A DNA stretch of 64,000 nt from NCBI GenBank assembly GCA_964636285.1, contig CAZWQF010000005.1:19167-83166 (forward strand), in the 5' to 3' direction. The first letter of the stretch is position 1; every line of letters starts with the position of its first letter. The notes under the pieces are model-generated. The model had not been told where the DNA came from. It did not search any database and saw only the letters and a program-made list of their open reading frames with translations. Source of the DNA: an uncultured Candidatus Saccharibacteria bacterium (GTDB taxonomy: Bacteria > Patescibacteriota > WWE3 > UBA101185 > 2-01-FULL-41-18). Shown piece by piece: positions 53,101 through 62,365 of the stretch. The position numbers and the translations under genes were made by a program.

Positions 53101-54793
53101 AATTTTAAGTCCTGTAGATTCTGGAAAGTATGCGTTAGTTTCTGTTATTGGAAAGATGATTTACTTTACCTCAGGTCTATTTTCGCAGTTTTTAGTTCCT
53201 TATGTCAGTAATGCTATTGGTAAAGGGAAAGAGGGGTTCAGATCATTCGCTACTGTTAGTTTGCTTTCCGGGATAAGTGGTTTTGTGGTCTACCTTATTC
53301 TTGGTTTATTTGGACATATAACTGCACCATTCTTATTGGGCTCATCAGTCTCTGGGGTTTTAGGCCACTTAGCTATTGCTGGTCTTGGTATTTTTTGCTT
53401 TTCTGTAGCATCCAATATTATTAGCTATTATCAAATTAAAGGTAAGGATCTTTTTGTATTTTTAAGTTTTATTCTATCAATTTTACAGATAGTTATACTC
53501 GTTGTCGTAGATCACAGACTTGAAACATTCATTAGATTTAATGCATATATAGGAATTGCAAATCTTGCAATGGTAATCCTAATTGTTTTATTTAATGAGT
53601 ACCTTCCTTCATTTATCAGTAATACAAGGGATTTGTTTGATCTATTTTCAAAGCTGAACGGGCAGGAAGCCTATTCCAAAGCTAATTTTAGAACATTAAT
53701 TTTTAACTGGAGAGATGTCAAACATACCTGGGCTGGTGGTGCGGAGGTTTATATTCACGAAATCGCAAAACGAATGGCAAAAAAACGAAACTTTGTTTTA
53801 GTCTTTTGCGGGAATGATGGTAAATCCAAAAGATATGAAGTTTTGGATGGTGTTCATATTGTGAGAAGAGGTGGGTTTTATACAGTTTATATTTGGGCAT
53901 TTTTGTATTACTTAGTTAAGTTTAGGGGTAAGTTTGATGTGGTTATAGACTCTGAAAACGGAATACCTTTTTTTACTCCCATTTACGTTAAAGAAAGGGT
54001 TATTGGTCTAATTCATCACGTTCATCAGGATTTCTTTAAAAATCATATTGTTCATCCACTTGCTCCAGTTGCAAGGGTACTTGAGGGTAAAATAATGCCA
54101 TTAATTTATAAAAATTGTTCTATGATCACTGTTTCGGGATCGTCACTAGATGCAATGGGGAAAATAGGGTTTACAGACAAGGGTAAGATTTCTATTGTTT
54201 CTCCAGGAGTGAAAATACTTAGAAAAGATAAAAATTCACAAAAATCTCCAAATCCTTCTATCTTGTATTTAGGAAGGTTAAAAGCTTATAAGTCTATTGA
54301 TGTTGCAATAAAAGCATTTGCAGATTTAGTGAATTCATTTCCTGACGCATTGTTAACAATAGCGGGTGAGGGGGATAATAGGGAAGAGTTGGAGAAAATT
54401 GCTCTTTCCCTTGGAATAGGTGATAAGGTTATATTTAAAGGCAAGGTGTCAGAAGAGGAGAAGGATAAACTTTTGAGAGAATCTTGGGTAATGGTCCAAC
54501 CTTCAAGCAATGAGGGTTGGGGAATTACTGTGATTGAAGCAAATTCGTTTGGAACACCCGTGGTAGCTTCAAATGTACCAGGGCTTAGAGACTCAATAAT
54601 GAATCCACATACAGGTTTTCTGGTTGAATACGGGAATTCTGCTGCATTTTCGGAAGCTATTTCTAGGTTATTTTCAAATAAAGAGCTAAGAAATGAGATG
54701 GAGGCAAACTGCTTAGTTTGGGCTGAATCACATACTTGGGACGAGTCGGCTAAAAAATTTGAATTTGCCACTAAGGAGCAGTATGGAAAATAA
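50108..54793 (+). CDS. Giant multidomain glycosyltransferase: GT2 (Dpm1-like), processive GT2 (cellulose/chitin-synthase-like), a Wzx-like polytopic flippase region, and GT4.
   Basis: Domain 1: IIVPIRNEE ... FVDDHSTD ... DGDL. Domain 2: DAEDKPE, TED and QRSRWIKG (the QxxRW motif). About 14 TM helices resemble polysaccharide-biosynthesis/flippase proteins. The C-terminal GT4 carries EGWGITVIEANSFGTPVV. The start was moved to the ATG at 50108. Confidence 0.75.
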   Translation: MRKLDIIVPIRNEEKNIIDLVSQINESFKGLSVDYRVLFVDDHSTDRSKELILELSEENPIVYLAKEGKRGKAYSILEAVQFSDREFFAFIDGDLQYPPSFIPKMLEICEEPGVGVVVANRKEYKTELIRKIGSRVNALFFGKYLLGLDCDVQSGLKVFRREAADHIDHKFVQPWTIDMPLLSAAKGLGYGIRTVDITFEERIEGQSKVNFIKTGTSIASCAVGLKFFGKKIFLLPGKDGEALGAGVAFKNKRYVTHSSLSHHVSALETTRFWQKIAVLGLFCTVLLGMYTAPYSTAVSITAILSSIYFIDVLFNLFVMMKSLHFPPELSFSNEQISQIDDSKLPMYSILCPLYKEANVLPHFVENINLLDWPKEKLDVMLLLEEDDTETIQTAKDLGLPDYFRVLVVPHSFPKTKPKACNYGLQHAKGDFLVIYDAEDKPEVSQLKKAYLGFEKHGGNSRIACLQAKLNYYNPHHNILTRLFTAEYSLWFDVVLPGFQSIGTAIPLGGTSNHFRTHVLRDLKGWDAFNVTEDADLGMRLFRERYKTAVIDSTTLEEPNSNVKNWIRQRSRWIKGYMQTYLVHMRNPIELISRYGLHAFIFQLVIGARMYFMLLNPILWVTTVSYFALYKIVGPTIESLFPPVVFYMAAFSLLVGNFLAFYSYMIGCAKRGHWTLIKYVFLVPFYWILVSVSAVMAFHQLLFKPHYWEKTNHGLHLKKKKNSNDETIDVLEVAVSAKVANCDLPLAQENSHPVFKKMKSFFSSKGAASILFIASFASSAANYIFNLYLARRISIEAFGILGLLGSMYLVFNILWDSVVRLVTTAEGLRAGKDGPDVAYRDYLKRIFFVVGLIVSVAWFLLSPFLASVFQSDSVLPIYGFSPIWVLGLIYAVDYGFLNGNLKFIQIGIIILVEAVVKLLSAVLFIETKNPQYVYLSIPLSSIAAFASAYIFSSLFSEKNKVNTVADIRFKFPFRLFLTSLLVKFSTLSYFSLDIIIAKLILSPVDSGKYALVSVIGKMIYFTSGLFSQFLVPYVSNAIGKGKEGFRSFATVSLLSGISGFVVYLILGLFGHITAPFLLGSSVSGVLGHLAIAGLGIFCFSVASNIISYYQIKGKDLFVFLSFILSILQIVILVVVDHRLETFIRFNAYIGIANLAMVILIVLFNEYLPSFISNTRDLFDLFSKLNGQEAYSKANFRTLIFNWRDVKHTWAGGAEVYIHEIAKRMAKKRNFVLVFCGNDGKSKRYEVLDGVHIVRRGGFYTVYIWAFLYYLVKFRGKFDVVIDSENGIPFFTPIYVKERVIGLIHHVHQDFFKNHIVHPLAPVARVLEGKIMPLIYKNCSMITVSGSSLDAMGKIGFTDKGKISIVSPGVKILRKDKNSQKSPNPSILYLGRLKAYKSIDVAIKAFADLVNSFPDALLTIAGEGDNREELEKIALSLGIGDKVIFKGKVSEEEKDKLLRESWVMVQPSSNEGWGITVIEANSFGTPVVASNVPGLRDSIMNPHTGFLVEYGNSAAFSEAISRLFSNKELRNEMEANCLVWAESHTWDESAKKFEFATKEQYGK

Positions 54794-55688
54794 AAAGATA
54801 CTTGTAGGAATTCCCGCATACAATGAAGAAGAGAACATAACTAGCTTATTACAGGATCTTGTGTCGCAGAAGCTAGACACTATAGATTGTACTATTTTAG
54901 CGGTTTCGGACTGCTCTTCTGATAAAACTGTAGAGTTGGTCAGATCTATAGATGACAAGAGGGTTCATTTGATTGATTCGAATGTGAGATTGGGACTTTC
55001 TGGGGTAGAAAACCTTCTTATTAAAAAAGCTAAGGAGTACGACGCCTTGATTATAATAAATGGGGATATGAGGGTAAGGGATACGCTTTTTGTTGAAAAA
55101 ATCTCAAATAGTATTTTGTCAGGTGTGGCTGACATTAGCTCTTGTTCTTTGATTGAAGTAAATCAAGTTACGCTGGTTGGGAAGGCGCTAGCCGCTGGAA
55201 ATCGAATCAAAAGAAGAGTTTTTGAAAGACACAATAATGGGGACAACTGGTTTAATTGTCATGGAGGCGCAAGGTGCTTCTCACCTAAATTCTTGAATGG
55301 GTTTGTTTTTAAAGAAGGTGTACTGGAAGACTTTTATTCATACTTATACTGTAAAAAAAATAATTATAATTTTAAATTTATCTCTGACACTGTTTGCTAT
55401 TACTCAATTCCGAGCAACTTTGCAGACCATCTTAAGCAAGCAAGAAGGTTTTTTATTAAGAAAGATTACCTTGCAAATGAGTTTGGGAAAGACTTTGTGC
55501 AAAAGTATTCTAGTTGGCCTATATTTAAAATTTTCTTCTCTTTTTGGGTTGAATTTTTTAGTAACCCTTTCAATACCATCACTTATGGGGTGGTTTTCTT
55601 GCTAACTCTAATAGCGCTTAGGGTGGAAAATAATAAGATAGCTGAGCAATGGGATACGTCTACGAGTACAAGAAAGGTAGCTTTATGA
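54783..55688 (+). CDS. Glycosyltransferase family 2.
   Basis: ILVGIPAYNEEENI ... AVSDCSSDKT. An AAGGAG RBS is present. The start was moved to 54783. Confidence 0.75.
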   Translation: MENKKILVGIPAYNEEENITSLLQDLVSQKLDTIDCTILAVSDCSSDKTVELVRSIDDKRVHLIDSNVRLGLSGVENLLIKKAKEYDALIIINGDMRVRDTLFVEKISNSILSGVADISSCSLIEVNQVTLVGKALAAGNRIKRRVFERHNNGDNWFNCHGGARCFSPKFLNGFVFKEGVLEDFYSYLYCKKNNYNFKFISDTVCYYSIPSNFADHLKQARRFFIKKDYLANEFGKDFVQKYSSWPIFKIFFSFWVEFFSNPFNTITYGVVFLLTLIALRVENNKIAEQWDTSTSTRKVAL

Positions 55689-56494
55689 TAGCTAAATTTG
55701 TTCGAAAGTTATTGTACTGGTTATTAAGTTTAAGTAATAAAGTAGTGCCGATTGGTAATCAGGTAGTCGTACTCGCATTACATAGCTTTTCAGATTCTGG
55801 ATGGAGATTTTCTATACCGTTATCTAAGATTGATGCAATGTTTAATGAATACACCAATTGTGGTTACTCATTTATTAACATGGAAGAGTTTTCGGATATT
55901 ATTAAATCAGGTAAGCGCTTAACTGGGAAAAAAGTTTTAGTCACAATTGACGATGGTTATAAAGATAACTTGAAAGTAGTGTCTGTTATGAGAAAGTACA
56001 AAATAAGCCCAATTTTGTTTGTTACTGCTGACCCTGAACGCTCAAATCGTGCAGAGCTTGGTAACTCTCTTGAACTCCTAAATTTTCAGGATATTAAATA
56101 CTTAAAAGAAGAGGGCTGGAGTATAGGTTGCCACAGTATGACCCATACAAACATTACTGGAAGTTCTGATTCTCAGTTATCTGATGAAGTTGTGAGATCA
56201 AAAGCTAGGCTTGAAGAGGTACTTGGAGAAGAAATAAAGTACTTCTCCTATCCAAAAGGAAATTCAGAAGGTCTTTGTGAACTAGTTAAATCTGCTGGGT
56301 ATGAACTTGCATTTGGAATGAATGACGAATTACTACCAGGTAATGTTAATTTATTTGAGATCCCAAGAGTGGGTCTTGATGGTAGCCATGGTGTATGGGA
56401 ATCTGTCTGGGCAGCTAGCCCAAACTCAATTCAATTTAGGATGTTAGTTAAAAAGCTACTAAGTAAAGGTTTAATAGAAAGGTTATTAAAATGA
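55685..56494 (+). CDS. Polysaccharide deacetylase (CE4, NodB homology domain).
   Basis: Motif TIDDGYKDN and a His motif (GCHSMTH). ATGA overlap with the preceding gene. Confidence 0.75.
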   Translation: MIAKFVRKLLYWLLSLSNKVVPIGNQVVVLALHSFSDSGWRFSIPLSKIDAMFNEYTNCGYSFINMEEFSDIIKSGKRLTGKKVLVTIDDGYKDNLKVVSVMRKYKISPILFVTADPERSNRAELGNSLELLNFQDIKYLKEEGWSIGCHSMTHTNITGSSDSQLSDEVVRSKARLEEVLGEEIKYFSYPKGNSEGLCELVKSAGYELAFGMNDELLPGNVNLFEIPRVGLDGSHGVWESVWAASPNSIQFRMLVKKLLSKGLIERLLK

Positions 56495-57225
56495 AGCCAG
56501 GAATAAGTAAAAAATTATATTTACTTGCTTTCAACATTGCAAGTTTCATTAGAAGGTTTGTTGTGAGAGTTATTCGGCCAAAATCTGAGTACTTCATGTA
56601 TGGTCTTCCGCAAAAATTTGTTGAGCCTATTAGCACAAAGTATGGTTTTGATAGAGGAAAGCCAGTGGACAGGTACTATATTGAGAAGTTTATGTCTGAG
56701 AATAGTAGTCTTATAAAAGGTGTTTGCTTGGAGATTACAGACACCGCTTATACTGAAAAGTATGGAGCAGAAAAAGTTACAAAAGCAGATGCGCTTGATA
56801 TAAACAAGAACAATAAAATGGCAACGATATATGGAGACTTAAGGGATTTAAATAATGTAGAGTCAAACACATATGATTGTGTAATCATTACCCAAACTTT
56901 TGTGATGATTGATGACTATGAGTCTGCTATAAAAGAGTGTCATAGGATTATTAAACCAGGAGGTTATGCACTTGTTACAATGCCCTGTTTAGGACCTGTT
57001 TGGAATATAGATAATCATTTTTGGAGATGGACAAGGGCATCCGCTGAGTTCCTGTTTAAAAAGTACTTTCCTAATGATCTACTCGAAGTTCAAACATATG
57101 GCAATGCTTTGGCTGGTCAATGTTTTTGGGTTGGTCTGTCCCTTGATGAAATTAGCACCGAGGAGCTTGAGTATAATGATAAGTTTTTTCCTGTTATTGT
57201 TTCAGTGAAAGTTAGAAAGGCTTAA
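56491..57225 (+). CDS. Class I SAM-dependent methyltransferase.
   Basis: Motif I-like (VCLEITDTAY) and IKPGGYALVTMP. ATGA overlap with the deacetylase gene. Confidence 0.6.
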   Translation: MKPGISKKLYLLAFNIASFIRRFVVRVIRPKSEYFMYGLPQKFVEPISTKYGFDRGKPVDRYYIEKFMSENSSLIKGVCLEITDTAYTEKYGAEKVTKADALDINKNNKMATIYGDLRDLNNVESNTYDCVIITQTFVMIDDYESAIKECHRIIKPGGYALVTMPCLGPVWNIDNHFWRWTRASAEFLFKKYFPNDLLEVQTYGNALAGQCFWVGLSLDEISTEELEYNDKFFPVIVSVKVRKA

Positions 57226-57226
57226 G

Positions 57227-58405
57227 GTGGCAGTTAGAAAAGTAGTTCAGGTAATCGAAAAGTATTTTTTCCCTGTGACAGCGGGAATTGAAGTAAACAT
57301 GCACGAGACATATAAAGTCCTTGCAAGGGAAGGTTGGGATGTAACCTTTCACACTTCAAAGGATACTCTTACGGAAAAGAACATACTTCCTGATAGTGAG
57401 GTCATAAGTGGGATGTCAGTTAGAAGGTATTTATATGGTAAATTTGGTTATTTTCCTACTTTAGATTGGGACAGATCCGACCTTATCTGCTTACATAACT
57501 TTAACGTTTTTCCACATTTTTGGGTACTTGCATACACTCTTTTTAGAAAGTTGATAGGGAAAAAATATTACAGGTTAGTGCTGACCCCACATGGCGGTTT
57601 TACTCCAGAATGGTCTGTTTTTCCAGTCTTTGCAAGGTTTGTTAAGTATATATACCACTTTACTATTGGTACTCTATTGATAAACCTTGTTGTTGATGGG
57701 GTAAGAGCGGTTTCAGAGTGGGAAAGAGACCAGATCATATCTAAGGGTGTAGATAGAAAGAAAGTTGTAGTAATAGAAAATGGTCTTGAAGATGAAGCCT
57801 TTGAGGACCTAGAGGATAAAGCTAGTGAGAGTATTAAAGAGAAAGTTAATAGTTTAGGTAGGTATATCTTACAAATCGGAAGAGTATATCCCATTAAGAA
57901 CTATGAAACTGTTATTAAGTCGCTTCCTAACATACCTGCAGATATAAAGTATGTGATTGCTGGTCCCGTTGAGTTAAATAGCCATGCAGGTTACATGGAA
58001 AAATTGAAAGTTTTAATAAAAGAACTTGGACTGCAAGATAGAGTGGTTTTTATTGGCGTAATTAAAGGTGTGGATAAGTACTACTTGATCAAGAATGCTG
58101 TTTTGATGGTGCATATGGCGGTCTGGGAAAGCTTTTGTAATGTTGTGCACGAAGGCATGAGTCAAGGTCTAGTTTGTATAGTAGCAAATAATACAGCACT
58201 TCCTTATTTAATAAAAGACGGGATTAATGGATACTTAATTAATACATTTGATTATAAGTCTCTTGCAGCTAAAATTAACCAAGTGCTTGAGGGGATGAGC
58301 TCTGAGAATATAAAGGCAATTAGGGAAAATGCATTTAAGTTTGGCAGAAATAACACTTGGTCAGACGTTGCTCATAGGATGGGGGATTTCTATTTGAAGG
58401 CATAA
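57227..58405 (+). CDS. Glycosyltransferase family 4 (GT-B).
   Basis: C-terminal GT4 signature region (HEGMSQGLVCIVANNTALPYLIKDGINGYLI). Confidence 0.75.
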   Translation: MAVRKVVQVIEKYFFPVTAGIEVNMHETYKVLAREGWDVTFHTSKDTLTEKNILPDSEVISGMSVRRYLYGKFGYFPTLDWDRSDLICLHNFNVFPHFWVLAYTLFRKLIGKKYYRLVLTPHGGFTPEWSVFPVFARFVKYIYHFTIGTLLINLVVDGVRAVSEWERDQIISKGVDRKKVVVIENGLEDEAFEDLEDKASESIKEKVNSLGRYILQIGRVYPIKNYETVIKSLPNIPADIKYVIAGPVELNSHAGYMEKLKVLIKELGLQDRVVFIGVIKGVDKYYLIKNAVLMVHMAVWESFCNVVHEGMSQGLVCIVANNTALPYLIKDGINGYLINTFDYKSLAAKINQVLEGMSSENIKAIRENAFKFGRNNTWSDVAHRMGDFYLKA

Positions 58406-58409
58406 TGAC

Positions 58410-59156
58410 ATGGCTTTACTAAATGACTTAAAACGAACCATATTTAAAATAATTGAGAAGAAGCTAAATACAGCTGTAAGCTTAAATCTTATGGGGATGG
58501 TTGTAGTATTGACAGGAGGGAGTAGGGGGCTTGGCCGTGAAATTAGTATAAATTTGGTTTCTGCAGGTTGCCAAGTTATTAACTTATCAAGGACTCCCTC
58601 CCATGTCCCAGGTGTTTTGGATATATGTTGCGATTTGAAAAATAGTTCAAGTATAGATGAAGCTCTTGAAAAAATTCGTGGAGATTTCAAGAAAATAGAT
58701 GTCTTAATAAATAATGCCGCCTCTACTAATAATTTTTCTTGGCCTAATATTAACTTTAACAATATTCAAGAGACCATCTCTGTTAATGTATCTGCTTTAG
58801 TTTATTTAACATCTAAGGTGTCTGCTTTGATGGTTGAGAGCAGGTCAGGCTTGATTTTAAATATAGGGTCTAAGATCTCAAGGAATCCAAATATAAACTC
58901 AGATAAAATTCTGTACGGGGTTTCAAAATATGCTGTTGAGGGGTTTTCAAACGCATTAAGACCCTCTTTGAGAGAGTATGGTGTTAGAGTTGTATGCTTG
59001 CTTCCAGGAACTTTAAATACAGAGCTTTCTCTCAAATCCGGAAATTTTTTGGCAACAGAGGACGTTTGTGAAACGATCCAGTTCATCATCTCAAAAGATA
59101 ATATAGACTTTGAGAACATTGTCATAAAAGGAAAGTTTCAAGGAAATGTGGGATGA
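58410..59156 (+). CDS. SDR-family oxidoreductase.
   Basis: TGGSRGLG (TGxxxGxG) and YGVSKYAVEGF (YxxxK). The true start may be the internal ATG near 58491 (MGMVVVLTGG). Confidence 0.75.
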   Translation: MALLNDLKRTIFKIIEKKLNTAVSLNLMGMVVVLTGGSRGLGREISINLVSAGCQVINLSRTPSHVPGVLDICCDLKNSSSIDEALEKIRGDFKKIDVLINNAASTNNFSWPNINFNNIQETISVNVSALVYLTSKVSALMVESRSGLILNIGSKISRNPNINSDKILYGVSKYAVEGFSNALRPSLREYGVRVVCLLPGTLNTELSLKSGNFLATEDVCETIQFIISKDNIDFENIVIKGKFQGNVG

Positions 59157-60718
59157 AAATAAGTTTAATAGCCATTCTTAAAACATGTTTTTTTATCTTT
59201 ATTGCAGTCATACTTGTTTTAGCATCAAGAGGTGTTATTGGAAATCCAAGATCTACTGAGCTTAACAACCCATCTTGGAAGCAAGAAGGTGTTTTTGAGC
59301 TTTCCCCTGAAAGAGGTAGATTTAGCCTACTGTATTCACTTGTTGAAGATAGGTCATTCTCGTACTCAGTTGATATTGCAAAGTTTGCAACGCCTGATGT
59401 TGGCTATATTGATGGCAAGTATGTATCGTTGTTTGCACCAGGTTTGTCTTTTATAGTAATGCCAGGCTATCTTACCGGTAAGTGGTTTAATGCCTCACAG
59501 ATAGGTGCATATCTAGTAATCACTTTTTTTGCCATCCTAAACTGTCTGTTAATTTATAAGATTTCCCACAAAATTACAAAGAGAACAAGCGCTTCACTAC
59601 TTGCTTCCCTGATATTTATATTTGCTACCCCTGCATTTGCATATTCGGTTAACTTGTATCAGCATCATGTATCAACGTTTATTTTGTTAGGTGCGTTATA
59701 CTTACTTTTCTTTGTACACACCTGGTGGTCAACCTTTTTAATTTTCTTACTCTGTGCGGTCTCAATTCCAGTTGATTACCCCAATTTGTTTATTATGATA
59801 CCTGTTGGTATATCTGTCTTGACTAGATTAATTAAATTGGAGATTATACAACATAAAATTAAAGGACAAATCAGTCTACCCAGCATAATTGCTGTTTTAG
59901 GAGTAGTACCTCCACTGCTATTCTTCATGTGGTTTAATACCAATTCCTACGGAAAACCTCTTCAATTTTCCGGAACTGTACCAAGTGTTAAAGCCATTGA
60001 TGAAAACGGATTGCCCACAGTGCCAGATAACCAGGAACTAAAAAATGTGAGTGAGTTTGTGGATACTGAAAAACAAGATAAAGACGCAGTTTCATTTTTT
60101 TCTACAAGAGACACTTTAAATGGGTTTTACACACACACTATAAGTAGAGATAGAGGCGTAATATTTTTTACACCCGTTATTTTATTCGGAATAATTGGAC
60201 TATATTTATTAAGTAAGCAAGATTATAGTAAGTCTGTTGTACTAACATTTATTGCTTCGATAACATTAATGCTATATTCAATGTGGGGTGATCCTTGGGG
60301 TGGATGGGCATTTGGATCGAGATATTTAATACCTGTGTATGCAATCTTGGCTATTTCAACATCTGTGTTGATAGCAAAGTTTGGGAGAAGACTTTTACTG
60401 CTAGTGCTATTTACTCCTATATTTATTTACTCCGTGTACGTGAATACCGCAGGTGCTTTGGGAACTGTTGCAAGCCCTCCAAAGGAAGAGGTCCTATTCC
60501 TGGAGAGTCAAACAGGTAAAATTCAGAGATTTAGTTATGATAGGAGCCTTGAACTTATTCAGAGTGATAATACTACTTCCATAGTTTATAACTATGGTTT
60601 AAGAAATAGCCTTAAACTAAACGACTACTTCATGATTATTGTTGTTTCAATATCATTACTTGGGGTTGGGTTGTTGCTATTGCCGGGTTACATTGGAGGT
60701 AAGTTATGGAAAAAATAA
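59153..60718 (+). CDS. Polytopic membrane protein; putative GT-C glycosyltransferase (PMT/ArnT-like).
   Basis: More than 11 TM helices and an acidic motif (VEDRS) in the first extracytoplasmic loop. It overlaps the SDR gene by 4 nt. Confidence 0.4.
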   Translation: MKISLIAILKTCFFIFIAVILVLASRGVIGNPRSTELNNPSWKQEGVFELSPERGRFSLLYSLVEDRSFSYSVDIAKFATPDVGYIDGKYVSLFAPGLSFIVMPGYLTGKWFNASQIGAYLVITFFAILNCLLIYKISHKITKRTSASLLASLIFIFATPAFAYSVNLYQHHVSTFILLGALYLLFFVHTWWSTFLIFLLCAVSIPVDYPNLFIMIPVGISVLTRLIKLEIIQHKIKGQISLPSIIAVLGVVPPLLFFMWFNTNSYGKPLQFSGTVPSVKAIDENGLPTVPDNQELKNVSEFVDTEKQDKDAVSFFSTRDTLNGFYTHTISRDRGVIFFTPVILFGIIGLYLLSKQDYSKSVVLTFIASITLMLYSMWGDPWGGWAFGSRYLIPVYAILAISTSVLIAKFGRRLLLLVLFTPIFIYSVYVNTAGALGTVASPPKEEVLFLESQTGKIQRFSYDRSLELIQSDNTTSIVYNYGLRNSLKLNDYFMIIVVSISLLGVGLLLLPGYIGGKLWKK

Positions 60719-62337
60719 AATTGCCAAAAGTAGTAACATTTGAATTTAATATAGCTCTATTTAAACACTTGGGTTCAAAAGCTCATAAGTTTTTATTACC
60801 TTCAGTTGTAGTTTTATTAGTTGTTGTTTCGATTTTTGCATTTAAATTTTATTTAAGTAATGGACTTGGTTTAGCGTATAACGATGCCAGATCTCATTTA
60901 AACATTGGTAGGAGAGTTGTTGAGGGGCTAAAACCAGGACTTGCACAGATTGGTTCAGTATGGCTTCCACTTCCACATCTTTTAATGGTGCCTACAATCT
61001 GGAATGATTTTATGTGGCATTCTGGACTTGCTGGCGCAATTCAAAGCATGTTTTCCTTTGTTTTAATAGGAGCTTTAATTTGGATGTACTTAAAAGAATT
61101 ACATGTTTCCCTACTAGGCAGAATTTTTGGAGTGGTGGTATTTGTTTTCAATATAAATATCCTTTACTTACAATCTACGGCCATGACTGAACTTTTACTA
61201 CTTGCAACAATGACGTTAAGCGCCTATGAGCTTTTGATGTGGCATAAAACTGAGACCTCGCTACACCTTATAAAAGCAGCATTTTGGGTAATGATTTCTA
61301 CAGTTACAAGATATGATGGGTGGTTTTTGTTGTTTGCTTCCTCGATGTTTATTCTACTTAGATACGCTAGAAAAAAAGATTATCGGACTGCAGAGGGGAC
61401 TTTCATCCTTTTTTGCACACTTGCCGGTCTTGGAGTGGGTTTGTGGCTTCTTTGGAATTTACTTGTTTTTAAGGATCCGTTATTTTTTGCTTTAGGTCCC
61501 TTCTCAGCTAAAGCCCAGCAGGATCAAATTGACCAGGCAGGCCTTCTAATTACAAAACATAACTGGTACCAGTCGTTTAAGTTTTACTTCTACGCAATGA
61601 CCTATAACTCAGGGTTCTTAAATGTAGTTTTAGGCTTCTTGGGTATGCTCGCAGTTCTTAAAGATAAGCTTTTGAGTAAAGATGTGAAGAGTTCTGTAAT
61701 GTTGCTTCTTGCCCCACTTTTCTTTAATGTTTTAGCTCTCTACCTTGGTCATTCCGTGCTCTTTATACAAGGGTTGTCCGGTGATACCTGGTTTAATGTT
61801 AGATATGGCATTATGCTTATGCCTACAATCGCAATTTTCTCAGGTTTTTTGATTGATAGGGCAAAGAGATTTAGGTTGCCTCTGATCTTTTTATACTTAA
61901 TGTTCACATTCTTTAACTTTTATGGAGGCGATGCTGTAACAATTGATGATGCACTTGTAGGTTCAAGCCAGAAAAACGTATCAGAAGTTAGTGGGTGGCT
62001 CAAAGATCACGCAACTGATAAAAAAGGTTTCATATTAATGTCAGCAGCTTCTCATGACGCAATTATTTTCAGCTCGGGGCTTCCTATGAAAAGGTTTATT
62101 CATGAAGGTACCGGTCTGTATTGGCTAAATGCACTTTCTTATCCAGATAAATGGGCTAGATGGATAGTTATGAGAACAAACGATACTAATGATTTAGCAT
62201 TTAGAGGTGTGAGCAAATCAGAGGGCTTTGCAAAGTACAATTTAGTGGGTCAGTATCCATTTGCAGATATATATGAGCTCAAGGATGAGTATTTGTTTGA
62301 GCTTAATACCGATCCGGTGATTGGAAAACAAAAATAA
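60706..62337 (+). CDS. Polytopic membrane protein; putative GT-C glycosyltransferase (second paralog).
   Basis: More than 11 TM helices and YNDARSH in the first loop. It overlaps the preceding gene by 13 nt. Confidence 0.4.
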   Translation: MEKIKLPKVVTFEFNIALFKHLGSKAHKFLLPSVVVLLVVVSIFAFKFYLSNGLGLAYNDARSHLNIGRRVVEGLKPGLAQIGSVWLPLPHLLMVPTIWNDFMWHSGLAGAIQSMFSFVLIGALIWMYLKELHVSLLGRIFGVVVFVFNINILYLQSTAMTELLLLATMTLSAYELLMWHKTETSLHLIKAAFWVMISTVTRYDGWFLLFASSMFILLRYARKKDYRTAEGTFILFCTLAGLGVGLWLLWNLLVFKDPLFFALGPFSAKAQQDQIDQAGLLITKHNWYQSFKFYFYAMTYNSGFLNVVLGFLGMLAVLKDKLLSKDVKSSVMLLLAPLFFNVLALYLGHSVLFIQGLSGDTWFNVRYGIMLMPTIAIFSGFLIDRAKRFRLPLIFLYLMFTFFNFYGGDAVTIDDALVGSSQKNVSEVSGWLKDHATDKKGFILMSAASHDAIIFSSGLPMKRFIHEGTGLYWLNALSYPDKWARWIVMRTNDTNDLAFRGVSKSEGFAKYNLVGQYPFADIYELKDEYLFELNTDPVIGKQK

Positions 62338-62365
62338 CAAATTATTCTATAATTCTCAGATAAGT

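Noticed and set aside
61313-61495. 60-aa ORF inside the second GT-C membrane protein gene; similar small ORFs at 59232..59456 and 60295..60519.
   Set aside because: These are alternate-frame ORFs within long, hydrophobic, clearly coding genes.
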